A DNA stretch of 64,000 bases, from the IMG/VR virus record IMGVR_UViG_3300024344_003081; one strand, 5' to 3'. This DNA comes from a virus. Taxonomy: Duplodnaviria; Caudoviricetes. Below, piece by piece: positions 46,827 through 56,663 of this stretch; the stretch's first letter is position 1, and each line of letters starts with the position of its first letter. The notes below the pieces were generated by a model. The model ran no database searches. It was not told the DNA's origin and was given only the letters and a program-made list of their open reading frames with translations. The translations under genes and the position numbers were made by a program.

Positions 46827-47955
46827 TATTGAAGATCAATCAAATCGATATCAAATAATATGGGATCTTGGAAGAAGATGTTCATATGCATGTTCCTATT
46901 GTCCGCCTCATAGAAATAATAAAACATCCTCGTTTGTAAATTATAAAACATTATGTAAGTCTATGGATAATGTTGCAGAATATGCGTTGCTTTATGATAC
47001 ATTTAGAAAAAAACCTGCTAAGAAAAAATTGAGCTTTACTGGTGGTGAACCAACAGTACACCCTGATTTTTTTAGATTTTTAAAATATGTAAAAAAAGAA
47101 TATCCTGATTTTAGTCGAGGATTGACAACTAATGGATGGTTTGGTAATAATATTTTAGATAAAGTTTTATCATTGACTACGGGAGGAACATTATCTTATC
47201 ATTGTGAAGCAACAAAGAAACAAAAACAACAAGTAATATCAAATGCAATATATTTAAGACAAAAATATAAAGTTAATGTGATGTTTCATAAAGATTATTT
47301 TGAAGAATGTATAGATGTATGTGAAAAATTAGAAAAAAATAGTGTAGATTATGTACCAAGAATTATAGGAGATGATAATCCTAACGATAAAAAGTCTATA
47401 ATATTGGGTTATACACATAAGTATAATAAAGATCAAATGAAATGGTTTCGTAACTATTGGAAACAAAGGGGACAAAATGTCTCAGAAAAAGGAAACACTC
47501 AAAAAGGACTGGGAAGACCGTGTTGTGGAGGAAGGTGTTTCAAGGCAGACGGTGTGGATACTTATTTTTTGCCTGACACTAATTTTTTGGGGTGGAATTG
47601 CATGGTTAATTGGTACTTTCTTTTTTTAAATTCTGAATTAGATGCAGTTTATACACATCAAACTTGTGGAGTTAATTTAAATGGTGAAGTTGCTCCTTTA
47701 GGAAAAATATCAGAGTTTGATAAAATCATAGATGACTTAGCAGATAATATGTATCAAAAAAAGGTACCTATGATTACTTGCCCAAAAACTTTTTGTGGAT
47801 GCGGTATGTGCATTACAAAATCTAAAGACTCTATAGATGAAATGTTTAATCGACACGTAATTGATGAGTTAAATTATGAAAAAGTATCTCAAAAAACAAG
47901 TGATTGGAATACAGATTTAACAGTTAAAAAATTATTTGAAAATAATGTGTTATGA
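46819..47955 (+). CDS. radical SAM protein
   Basis: WDLGRRCSYACSYC; FTGGEP; C-terminal Cys cluster. Confidence 0.9.
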   Translation: MYNIEDQSNRYQIIWDLGRRCSYACSYCPPHRNNKTSSFVNYKTLCKSMDNVAEYALLYDTFRKKPAKKKLSFTGGEPTVHPDFFRFLKYVKKEYPDFSRGLTTNGWFGNNILDKVLSLTTGGTLSYHCEATKKQKQQVISNAIYLRQKYKVNVMFHKDYFEECIDVCEKLEKNSVDYVPRIIGDDNPNDKKSIILGYTHKYNKDQMKWFRNYWKQRGQNVSEKGNTQKGLGRPCCGGRCFKADGVDTYFLPDTNFLGWNCMVNWYFLFLNSELDAVYTHQTCGVNLNGEVAPLGKISEFDKIIDDLADNMYQKKVPMITCPKTFCGCGMCITKSKDSIDEMFNRHVIDELNYEKVSQKTSDWNTDLTVKKLFENNVL

Positions 47956-49040
47956 AACATTTTTGCATGGCTCCTTTTGTACACATTCAAAGAAATTCTT
48001 TTGGTGAATTTAATCCTTGTTGTATGTTTAGTGATAGAATTTATTCTGAATATAATTCTATATACGAAGCATTCAATAGTGGAGAGAATAATAATCTTAG
48101 ACAAAGAATGTTAAATGATGAAAAAATAGAAGGATGTAATAAATGTTATAGAGATGAGTCTTTGGGAAAACACAGTTATAGACAACGTTTTAATGAAAGA
48201 TATAAACAAGAATATATTGATAATCCAAAAATAAAAGAATTAGAATTAGCATTAAGTAATAAATGTAATTATAAATGTGTAGACTGTAATACGAAATTTA
48301 GTTCTTCTTGGTATGAAGATGATCTGTTATTAGAAAGAACTCACTATACTTTTAAAGGACGAGATGTAAAAAATACAATTCATGAAGAAGATTTTAAAAT
48401 CATGGATTTGAATGAAATAAAAATTTTAGGGGGCGAGCCATTTTTAGATAAAAGATATATTGATGTTTTTAAAAAAATAGATGCTGAAAATATTAAGTTG
48501 TTTCTTGTTACAAATAATTCTGTTTTCCCTAATAAAGAATGGATAGAACAATTAAAAAGATTTAAACATATTAATTTTAATATTAGTATTGATGGTGTTC
48601 ATGAAGTTGCAGAATTTGTAAGATATGGAACTAAATTTATAAAATTTGAAAAAAATTATAAAAAATGGTTGGATTTAAATTTTCATAATATAGACATAAT
48701 TCCTCATTTTGTTTTTCATTCTTTAAATGTTTTAAACTTTGATCAGACGATAGATTGGTTAATTGATGTTTATGATTCAGATATAGAAACAATATTAAAT
48801 TATATTTCCTATGATTTTTTATCAATGCCTGAAATGTTAAATTGTTCATTTTTAACGGATGAATGTAAAAATATGATTGTTGATAATAGTGTTTATTTTA
48901 AAAATGAATTAGAAAATTTTCTTGAAAGCAATTCATATAATTCGACATATATTGATGAATTGAAAAAATTTGTTTCTTTTTTGAATTTAAGAAGTGAAAT
49001 ACCCAATCAATCTTTTCAAGTTATATCATGTTTAAAATAA
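47952..49040 (+). CDS. radical SAM protein with N-terminal Twitch domain
   Basis: FCMAPF..PCC..C..C; CNYKCVDC; GGEP. Confidence 0.9.
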   Translation: MKHFCMAPFVHIQRNSFGEFNPCCMFSDRIYSEYNSIYEAFNSGENNNLRQRMLNDEKIEGCNKCYRDESLGKHSYRQRFNERYKQEYIDNPKIKELELALSNKCNYKCVDCNTKFSSSWYEDDLLLERTHYTFKGRDVKNTIHEEDFKIMDLNEIKILGGEPFLDKRYIDVFKKIDAENIKLFLVTNNSVFPNKEWIEQLKRFKHINFNISIDGVHEVAEFVRYGTKFIKFEKNYKKWLDLNFHNIDIIPHFVFHSLNVLNFDQTIDWLIDVYDSDIETILNYISYDFLSMPEMLNCSFLTDECKNMIVDNSVYFKNELENFLESNSYNSTYIDELKKFVSFLNLRSEIPNQSFQVISCLK

Positions 49041-50014
49041 ATGTTATAGAAATAGAATTGTCATCTCTTTGTAACGCAAAATGTTCTGCATGTATGCGTA
49101 CTATATTAGATGAACGTGGAAAATATTATTTAAAAGATAATTTGCCTTTGAATGAAATTGAATCGTGGTTTAATGACATAGATTTATCAAATACTAAAAT
49201 AAAAATGTGTGGAGTATTGGGTGATCCAATGATTAATCCGGAATTGCATGATATTGTTTTTTATTTTTTATATGAAAAACATGTAAGAGATATTGAAATG
49301 TCTACGAATGGTGGTACTCGTACACTTGATTTCTGGAAAGAATTGGGTATGTTATCAAAAAATTCGAATAAAAGATTTTATGTTCATTGGGCTATTGATG
49401 GAGTTACAAAAAATGACTATAGAGAAAACGTTGTACTCGATAGAGTATGGAATAATATTAATGCTTACCATTCTACTGGCGGCCATAGTATCTGGCAGTA
49501 TATCATTTTTGATTATAATGAAGACGAAGTTGAAATGGCCAGAGAAAAAGCAAAAGAAAATGGAATGAAATTTGCAACTCGTAAAAGTTGGAGAAATAAT
49601 TCAGATTTTGCTAAAGTTAAATCTAGGGCCGCTAAAGAAATTGATGCTGAAAAGTATGAAGAAGTTGAAAAACGAGCATATGAGAAATCATATGAAGATG
49701 CAAAAATTGTATGTAGACATAAAGTAAAAGGAGAAATATACATTGGTGCAAATAGAAGATTGTGGCCTTGTTGTCATTTATATGATGAAGATGTTGCTCA
49801 AAAAAATAATTCTATGAAACATTTATTTGAGTCTGTGGGACACAATTTTAATGATTTAAATAAACATAGTATAAAAGATATTTTATCTGGTGAGTGGTAT
49901 AAAAAGACTTTAGAAGATAGTTGGAATAAATTTCATCCTATGCATTTGCCTAGATGTTATTTGACATGTGGAGATGAAGGAAAACGAGCGGTTATTAAAA
50001 ATGTGGAAAACTAA
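49028..50014 (+). CDS. radical SAM protein with C-terminal Twitch/SPASM domain
   Basis: CNAKCSAC; GDP; WPCC..CYLTC. Confidence 0.9.
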   Translation: MFKINVIEIELSSLCNAKCSACMRTILDERGKYYLKDNLPLNEIESWFNDIDLSNTKIKMCGVLGDPMINPELHDIVFYFLYEKHVRDIEMSTNGGTRTLDFWKELGMLSKNSNKRFYVHWAIDGVTKNDYRENVVLDRVWNNINAYHSTGGHSIWQYIIFDYNEDEVEMAREKAKENGMKFATRKSWRNNSDFAKVKSRAAKEIDAEKYEEVEKRAYEKSYEDAKIVCRHKVKGEIYIGANRRLWPCCHLYDEDVAQKNNSMKHLFESVGHNFNDLNKHSIKDILSGEWYKKTLEDSWNKFHPMHLPRCYLTCGDEGKRAVIKNVEN

Positions 50015-50930
50015 AACAGTAGAATGGATCGATGTTGAATTAACATCATTTTGTAATATAGCATGTCCTGGTTGTTTGAGACAAGAAAAAAGAAAACAAG
50101 TAGATCATATTTTAGATAAAGATATGATACAATTTTCTGATTTGCAAAAATGGATCAAAAAAGAAGATTTCCCTAATTTAAAATTGCTTAATTTTTGTGG
50201 ATCTGTAGATGAGCCCACAACACATCCTGAATTATTAGATATAGTAGAATATTTTTTAACATTTACAGAGATAAATATTGCATCCAATGGATCGACTAAG
50301 ACAAAAGATTTTTGGAAAAAATTAGGAGAATATGGTGTATCTGTATTTTTTGGTATTGATGGTATAGATCAGAAATCGTTAGAGAAATATAGAATAGGTT
50401 CTAGTTTTAAAAAAATACAGGAAAATTATAGAGCATTTATTAAAGCGGGGGGTAATGCTACTTGGCAATTTATAGTATTTGAACATAATGAACATCTTTT
50501 GGAAGATGCAAAAGCTCTTTCAGAAAAAGAAGGATTTACAAATTTTAGAACAATATTTTCTCATAGAAAAGGAAGTGGAGAGATTGAAAAAAAGACAGTT
50601 GAAGAACAAGAGATATATTGTAAGTATGGACATCAAAAAAGACTTTTTATAAATCATACAGGAGCTTTGATACCATGTTGTTATTTAAACTCTGAAGCAC
50701 TTGAATTACATGCTAATGAAACTATTAAAACTAAATTTGGGACAAAATATATGGAATTAGATGGAGTGTTATCAAATAATCTTAAATATAATACAGTATC
50801 GGAAGTATTGAATGGAGAATTATTTAAATATATTATTGAATCTTGGAATGATGATCCAGTTGAAAAGTGTTGGCAAACATGTAAACAGAAAAAAAGAGAT
50901 ATTTTTATAGATGAGAAAGTAACATGCTGA
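50001..50930 (+). CDS. radical SAM protein with C-terminal Twitch/SPASM domain
   Basis: CNIACPGC; IPCC..CWQTC. Confidence 0.9.
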   Translation: MWKTKTVEWIDVELTSFCNIACPGCLRQEKRKQVDHILDKDMIQFSDLQKWIKKEDFPNLKLLNFCGSVDEPTTHPELLDIVEYFLTFTEINIASNGSTKTKDFWKKLGEYGVSVFFGIDGIDQKSLEKYRIGSSFKKIQENYRAFIKAGGNATWQFIVFEHNEHLLEDAKALSEKEGFTNFRTIFSHRKGSGEIEKKTVEEQEIYCKYGHQKRLFINHTGALIPCCYLNSEALELHANETIKTKFGTKYMELDGVLSNNLKYNTVSEVLNGELFKYIIESWNDDPVEKCWQTCKQKKRDIFIDEKVTC

Positions 50931-52270
50931 CTTGTTTTTACGCCCTTGGTGGAATTAATTATAAAAATGGAGTTATAACAACTTGTCCAAGACAAGCAAA
51001 TCAATTAGTATTTGCTCATGAAACAATATTGCCCTCAGAAATATTTAATCATAAAAATTTTAAAGAACTTAGAAAATCATTATATCAAAATAAATGGCCT
51101 AGTGGATGTGATACATGTGAGAATATGGAACAGGTAGGAGCAAAGTCTATGAGAAAAGATTATGTTTTAAATTCTGATAATTTTTTTCATAAGCCACAAA
51201 AAGACGATTATTCGGACGGAGATCCACAAAAAAATAAATTAAAAGATGAAAAAACAGAAATAAGATTATATGATTGTTATAATCCTATAACACATGAAGT
51301 AAATAGAAAAGGATTGCGACATGTTGAGTTTAGATTTAGTACGGCTTGTAATTTTTCTTGTTTACATTGTTCAAAAGTTTATTCCTCGGGATGGACTAAA
51401 AAATTACGTAATTATGAACCCGATCAAGAAGTTATACTAAATGATTTAAGACAATTGTTAGGAACAGAACATAGACATGGCCCAAATGATAGAAATGAAA
51501 TGTCTTTATCTATTGAAGAATCTTTAAAAATTGTAGAAGACCTGAATGAAAATTTTCCATTATTACAATATGTGGATTTTGCAGGAGGAGAATTACTATA
51601 TCAAAAGCAATTTTTTCCCACATTGAAAAAATTAGCAGATCATCCTAATGCAAAAAATATAAAAATATCTTTTCATACAAATTTTAATGCTGATTTTGAT
51701 GTTGCACTTTTGTCTAAACATCTGGAATGTTTTGGCTCTTCAGCAATAATAATATCTGTTGATGCGGGTAAAACATTTTATTCTTATTTTAGAAATGGGG
51801 GTGAATGGGACAAATTGAAAAATAATATTCAAGAATTTAAAAAAATAAATGATTTTACTTGGGTTGATATGAGTTGTACAACTTCAATTTATCAAATGTT
51901 GGATATATATGATGTTTTTGATTCGTTTTATGATTTGAATTTAAACTTTGATGCATCTATAGTTCAAACTCCACAATATTTGGATCCGTCATTAATACTT
52001 TATGATTTTTATGATGAGACTATGAAAGATATTGAAAAAACATATGAGTTAATTGAAAAAAGACAAAAAAATCCTGAAGGAAAAAGTGATTATTCAAAAT
52101 ATTGGTTTAATTATATTGTGGATTATGTAAAGCAAACGAAAATAAGTTATAATAATTTTAATAGATTTTTAATATATCGAAAAAAATCAGATGAGATTTG
52201 GAATCAAGATTTTAATGATTATTTTGAAAATTATCAAATCGAAAATAATGAATTAGTGAGAGTTAAGTGA
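50924..52270 (+). CDS. radical SAM protein with N-terminal Twitch domain
   Basis: CFY..TCP..CDTC; CNFSCLHC; GGE. Confidence 0.88.
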   Translation: MLTCFYALGGINYKNGVITTCPRQANQLVFAHETILPSEIFNHKNFKELRKSLYQNKWPSGCDTCENMEQVGAKSMRKDYVLNSDNFFHKPQKDDYSDGDPQKNKLKDEKTEIRLYDCYNPITHEVNRKGLRHVEFRFSTACNFSCLHCSKVYSSGWTKKLRNYEPDQEVILNDLRQLLGTEHRHGPNDRNEMSLSIEESLKIVEDLNENFPLLQYVDFAGGELLYQKQFFPTLKKLADHPNAKNIKISFHTNFNADFDVALLSKHLECFGSSAIIISVDAGKTFYSYFRNGGEWDKLKNNIQEFKKINDFTWVDMSCTTSIYQMLDIYDVFDSFYDLNLNFDASIVQTPQYLDPSLILYDFYDETMKDIEKTYELIEKRQKNPEGKSDYSKYWFNYIVDYVKQTKISYNNFNRFLIYRKKSDEIWNQDFNDYFENYQIENNELVRVK

Positions 52271-53334
52271 AATTAAGTGAATATGATTTTACCAAGATAC
52301 CTTGGAATAAAATTGAACGAGTTGGGACTTGGAAGATGCTGGAGTCTGACTTATTTACAGTTTCATGGTTGTTAGGGAGATTTTGTAATTATAGATGTTC
52401 ATATTGCTGGCCATATGCAAGAAGTAATACTAAAGATCATCGTCCTGTGAAATTATGTCTCAATACAATTGATGAAATTAAACGACAAGCCAGAGAAAGA
52501 AATTTTAATTCCTTTCATTTTAGTCTATCTGGAGGTGAGCCCACTTTTCATCCAGCATATCTTGATATACTTGAACATCTTGCAGATGATGTAGTATACA
52601 CTAATTATTCATCTGTCCATATGACTTCAAATTGTTCTCGACCTATGAAGTGGTTTGAACGATATGTTGAGTCAGCAAAGAAATTTTCAAGAGCATCTAT
52701 TACTGCATCATTTCATCGTGAATATATTACAAAAAATAAACTTAATGATTTTGCAGATAAACTTGATTTTTGTCAACGTAATGGTGTAAGAGTAACAATT
52801 AATTCTGTAATGGTACCAGAAAAATTTGATGAAATATATAAAGACTTATTGTATTTTTATGAACGAGGCATAAACGTAACACTTAAACCACAAAGTGATC
52901 CTACTGCATCATTTGTTGTTGATGGATATTCTGAAGAACAGATGCAAGTATTGCATAATGGTATGCCTCAGATTACAAACATGGAAGTTAAATCAAAAAA
53001 ACTTCAAAACATTCGTCAAGAATTTGAAATTGTTATGAATGATGATGAAGGAAAAGAGTGGTATCTTGATCAAGCAGAAAGATTTAATGCATTTAATTTT
53101 AATAATTTTAAAGGATGGACTTGCTCTACTGGTTATCGTAGTTGCATTATTCGTGAACCTGATGGAAGCATTAAACGATCTTATTCTTGTGGAGATGCTC
53201 CTTTAGGAAATATAGAAACAGGATTTAAATTATTTGATTCGCCTGTGATATGTACTACAAATGCGTGTGTAAGTTCTGCTGATAGTAAAATTCCTAAAAA
53301 GAAATCTAATTGTACCTTACCATTATGGAAATAG
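52267..53334 (+). CDS. radical SAM protein
   Basis: WLLGRFCNYRCSYC; SGGEP; C-terminal Cys cluster. Confidence 0.9.
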   Translation: MKLSEYDFTKIPWNKIERVGTWKMLESDLFTVSWLLGRFCNYRCSYCWPYARSNTKDHRPVKLCLNTIDEIKRQARERNFNSFHFSLSGGEPTFHPAYLDILEHLADDVVYTNYSSVHMTSNCSRPMKWFERYVESAKKFSRASITASFHREYITKNKLNDFADKLDFCQRNGVRVTINSVMVPEKFDEIYKDLLYFYERGINVTLKPQSDPTASFVVDGYSEEQMQVLHNGMPQITNMEVKSKKLQNIRQEFEIVMNDDEGKEWYLDQAERFNAFNFNNFKGWTCSTGYRSCIIREPDGSIKRSYSCGDAPLGNIETGFKLFDSPVICTTNACVSSADSKIPKKKSNCTLPLWK

Positions 53335-53534
53335 ATAATATTATAAATGATTATTCTTTGAGAGAATTACAAATTATTTCTTCAAGAATATTATCAGAAC
53401 ATGAAGCTACAAATAATTTTATAAAACAATTTAAAGCAGATCATGATAGTCATCAATTTTATAAAAACGTTATTAAATGGTATATTGAAAAATATAAACA
53501 TTTTCCTGAATTGAAAAAATATGATTCCTTCTAA
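53325..53534 (+). CDS. small hypothetical protein
   Basis: coupled ORF between rSAM genes. Confidence 0.5.
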   Translation: MEIDNIINDYSLRELQIISSRILSEHEATNNFIKQFKADHDSHQFYKNVIKWYIEKYKHFPELKKYDSF

Positions 53535-55050
53535 AGATAATACTTTTTGTTTTTATCCTTTTTATGCCATGGTTTTTAAACTATGGAAAAAGAATAGTAA
53601 TGAATTAAGAGCAGTTGCACCATGTTGTATGATGCATGACACTAAAGATATAACAGGAATTAAAATAGATGTTTCATATACTGCTACAAATCCTGTGGTT
53701 ATTACAAGTATAAATCATGAATTAATTGATGATGATAAAATAGAAATTTATGAAGTAAATGGAGATGGAGTTGATGTGGGGCCATATACAGTAACAGTAC
53801 TTTCTTCAGATACATTTTCTATTCCTGAAGATGCTACAAAGGGCAATGTTGGTAAATTGAATTATCATATGAGAGAACCGAATTCAATTTTAACTAGAAG
53901 AGATTTAAAAGGATTGTCTCCTCATGATATTTTTCATCATAAAAAATTTGAAGAATTAAGAAAAAACTTACTTAATAATGTGCGGGATTCTCGTTGTTCC
54001 ACATGTTGGAATCAGGAAGATTTGGGAATAATGTCTCATAGAATGTATACACGATGGCAATTTCCAGAAAAATTTAAAACAAGTTTAAAAGAAATAGACA
54101 TATCAATATCTAATAAGTGTAATTTAGCATGTAGAATGTGTAATACAGGATCTTCACATCAACTAAATGAAGATGTGAATAAATTAAGAAAAAATAATAA
54201 ATTGCTTTTATTTGAAGAAGTTTCAGATAATGGTTTAGGATCACTTAATTTACCATTGGATGTTAAAAATAATCATTTAATACAATGGATATATCACAAT
54301 ACTGATAAAATAAAAATTTTAAAAGCATCTGGAGGAGAGCCACTATATGATAGAAATATATTAAATTTGTTAAGAAAATATGTGAAAGATGGTAATAGTA
54401 AATCAACAGAATTACAATTCCATACAAATGCAATGTTAATAACAGATAAAATTATTAAACTCATGGACGAATTTAAATTACAAAGACATTCATTTAGTAT
54501 AGATGGAGTTGATAAGACTTATAATTACATAAGACATAAAGCAAATTTTTCGATTTTAGAAAAAAATATTAAAAATTGGTTTAACAAATCTAATAACATT
54601 TATGCAGTAAATATTAATTTAGTATTGTCTGCGTTAAATATAGGTAATGTTGTTGAGTTTTTGGAATGGACAGCTTTGATGTTTCATGATAAGATTAGAT
54701 GTAATGTTTTTATTTCTGAAGTGCGGCCTCATGGTAGAGGACTCGATATTGCAAATTTACCAATCTCTTATTTAGAAAAAATACGAAAAGATATTATAGA
54801 ATATAGAGATGGTTTTGAAACATTTAGAACTAAAATATATAATTATATGCATAAAGGAAATTTTTTCCATTATGAAATTGATAAATTATTATCGTTAATT
54901 GATCATGCAATAACAAATAATGTATGTGATATTTTTCGTTTATATACTGAAATAACATTATTAGATGAAACAAGAAATCAAAGTTATAAAAATTTTTTAG
55001 ATTCTTCTTTAGTTTCTATTTTAGAAAACTATGAATCGCAAGAAAAATAA
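53521..55050 (+). CDS. radical SAM protein with N-terminal Twitch domain and inserted FCCH-like beta domain
   Basis: FCFYPF..PCC [insert] C..C; CNLACRMC; GGEP. Confidence 0.88.
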   Translation: MIPSKDNTFCFYPFYAMVFKLWKKNSNELRAVAPCCMMHDTKDITGIKIDVSYTATNPVVITSINHELIDDDKIEIYEVNGDGVDVGPYTVTVLSSDTFSIPEDATKGNVGKLNYHMREPNSILTRRDLKGLSPHDIFHHKKFEELRKNLLNNVRDSRCSTCWNQEDLGIMSHRMYTRWQFPEKFKTSLKEIDISISNKCNLACRMCNTGSSHQLNEDVNKLRKNNKLLLFEEVSDNGLGSLNLPLDVKNNHLIQWIYHNTDKIKILKASGGEPLYDRNILNLLRKYVKDGNSKSTELQFHTNAMLITDKIIKLMDEFKLQRHSFSIDGVDKTYNYIRHKANFSILEKNIKNWFNKSNNIYAVNINLVLSALNIGNVVEFLEWTALMFHDKIRCNVFISEVRPHGRGLDIANLPISYLEKIRKDIIEYRDGFETFRTKIYNYMHKGNFFHYEIDKLLSLIDHAITNNVCDIFRLYTEITLLDETRNQSYKNFLDSSLVSILENYESQEK

Positions 55051-55810
55051 TCTTAGATTTGTATTTCCAGTAAATCAACCTGGACTTGGTGATAGATTTA
55101 TCATGACTTCAAATATTCTTTATGCTAGAAAAGAAGTTGAGCATGAATGTTGTATTATTGATATTTTTCTTAAAAATATCAAGCCAAGTAAGGATTATGA
55201 GTTTGATCAAAAACAATATTTAAATCTTACAGATTTTTATGATATTATAGATTTTTTTCATTTTAAAAGACCAGATAAAAGTGAACCATTAATAATTTCA
55301 AATATAATAGATGAAGAACCTCCTCCATTTCATGCCAGCACAGGTCACCGTAATATTGAGTATGAAATAACAAATAATGAATATAAGAGAAGCCACAATT
55401 TTCTTTATAATCGAGAACAATATTGGCCTATAAATTATGATAAAACTATAAAAAAAGATATTATAACATTTATGTTTTATGTAGATGATTCATTACCCGA
55501 ACATAAATTTATTACAGTAGAGGAAGAAAAAGAATTTCAATTATTAAAAACGAATTTATCATCATTTAATTTTCATCGTTTAGAAGATTTTAATTTTAAA
55601 AAAAATGTAGAATTATTATCTAGAAGTAAGTTATTAATATCATCAGAAGGAATGTGGACACATCTTTCAAGAGCAATGGATATTGATACTATTACGATTT
55701 CAAGAGATTCTAAGTTTATTAAAGAATTTACTCGACAAGGTTATTTTTGTTCTGGAATTCAAGAATGTTTAAATGAATTAGAAAAAAGATGTCATGAATC
55801 ACAGGTCTAG
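55031..55810 (+). CDS. GT-B (GT9-like) putative glycosyltransferase, tandem copy A
   Basis: PGLGD N-terminal motif; ELLSRSKLLISSEGMWTHLSRAM. Confidence 0.5.
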   Translation: MNRKKNNLRFVFPVNQPGLGDRFIMTSNILYARKEVEHECCIIDIFLKNIKPSKDYEFDQKQYLNLTDFYDIIDFFHFKRPDKSEPLIISNIIDEEPPPFHASTGHRNIEYEITNNEYKRSHNFLYNREQYWPINYDKTIKKDIITFMFYVDDSLPEHKFITVEEEKEFQLLKTNLSSFNFHRLEDFNFKKNVELLSRSKLLISSEGMWTHLSRAMDIDTITISRDSKFIKEFTRQGYFCSGIQECLNELEKRCHESQV

Positions 55811-56663
55811 TTATTGGGAAACAGGTTATTTTAAAAAAAAGAATCTTAGATTTGTATTTCCAGTAAATCAACCTGGACTGGGTGATAGATTTATCATGGC
55901 CTCAAATATTCTTTTTACTATGAAAGAAGTTGAACACGAATCTTGTATTGTTGATATTTTTCTTAAAAACACAAAGACGGTGCATAAAAGCCAGTATTTA
56001 AATCTTATAGATTTTTATGATATTATAGATTTTTTTCATTTTAAAAGACCAGATGAAAGTGAATCATCAATAATTACAAATATAATAGATGAAGCTCCTC
56101 CTACATATAAAGAGATATTGGCTTCAAAACGAAAAAATATTACAGGTGATGTTGCTTGTCATGATTTTAATTCTAGATATAATGAATATGTTATAAGTAA
56201 TTATTTTCTTTATAACGAAGCACGATATTGGCCTATAAATTATGATAAAACTGCAAAAAAGCAACTTATAACATTTATGTTTTATGTAGATGATTCAGTA
56301 CCCGAACATAAATTTATCACAACAGAGGAAGAAAAAGAATTTAATAAGGTAAAAGATTATTATGGACATTATTTTCATCGACATGAATATTATTTTGTTC
56401 GTTTAGAAGATTTTAATTATAAAAGAAATATAGAATTATTATCTAAAAGTTTGTTTTTAATAGCATCAGAAGGAATGTGGACCCATTTATCTAGAGCAAT
56501 GAAAGTTAATACCATAGCATATTCTAGGGATATTACTTTTATTGAGGAATTTAATAAACAGGGACATTTTTGTTCTGGATTTTTTGAAAAATGTTTAATT
56601 GAATTAGAAAAAAAATGTATAGAATTAAAAAAGAAGAGCAACTTTATAAGTTTGAAGAGATAA
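55794..56663 (+). CDS. GT-B (GT9-like) putative glycosyltransferase, tandem copy B
   Basis: near-duplicate of copy A. Confidence 0.5.
   Translation: MNHRSSYWETGYFKKKNLRFVFPVNQPGLGDRFIMASNILFTMKEVEHESCIVDIFLKNTKTVHKSQYLNLIDFYDIIDFFHFKRPDESESSIITNIIDEAPPTYKEILASKRKNITGDVACHDFNSRYNEYVISNYFLYNEARYWPINYDKTAKKQLITFMFYVDDSVPEHKFITTEEEKEFNKVKDYYGHYFHRHEYYFVRLEDFNYKRNIELLSKSLFLIASEGMWTHLSRAMKVNTIAYSRDITFIEEFNKQGHFCSGFFEKCLIELEKKCIELKKKSNFISLKR

Noticed and set aside
46819-53334. Viperin or QueE assignment for rSAMs 46819 and 52267
   Set aside because: They lack the N-x-H motif before CxxxCxxC of viperins and the IRL.GC.L.C..CDT signature of QueE
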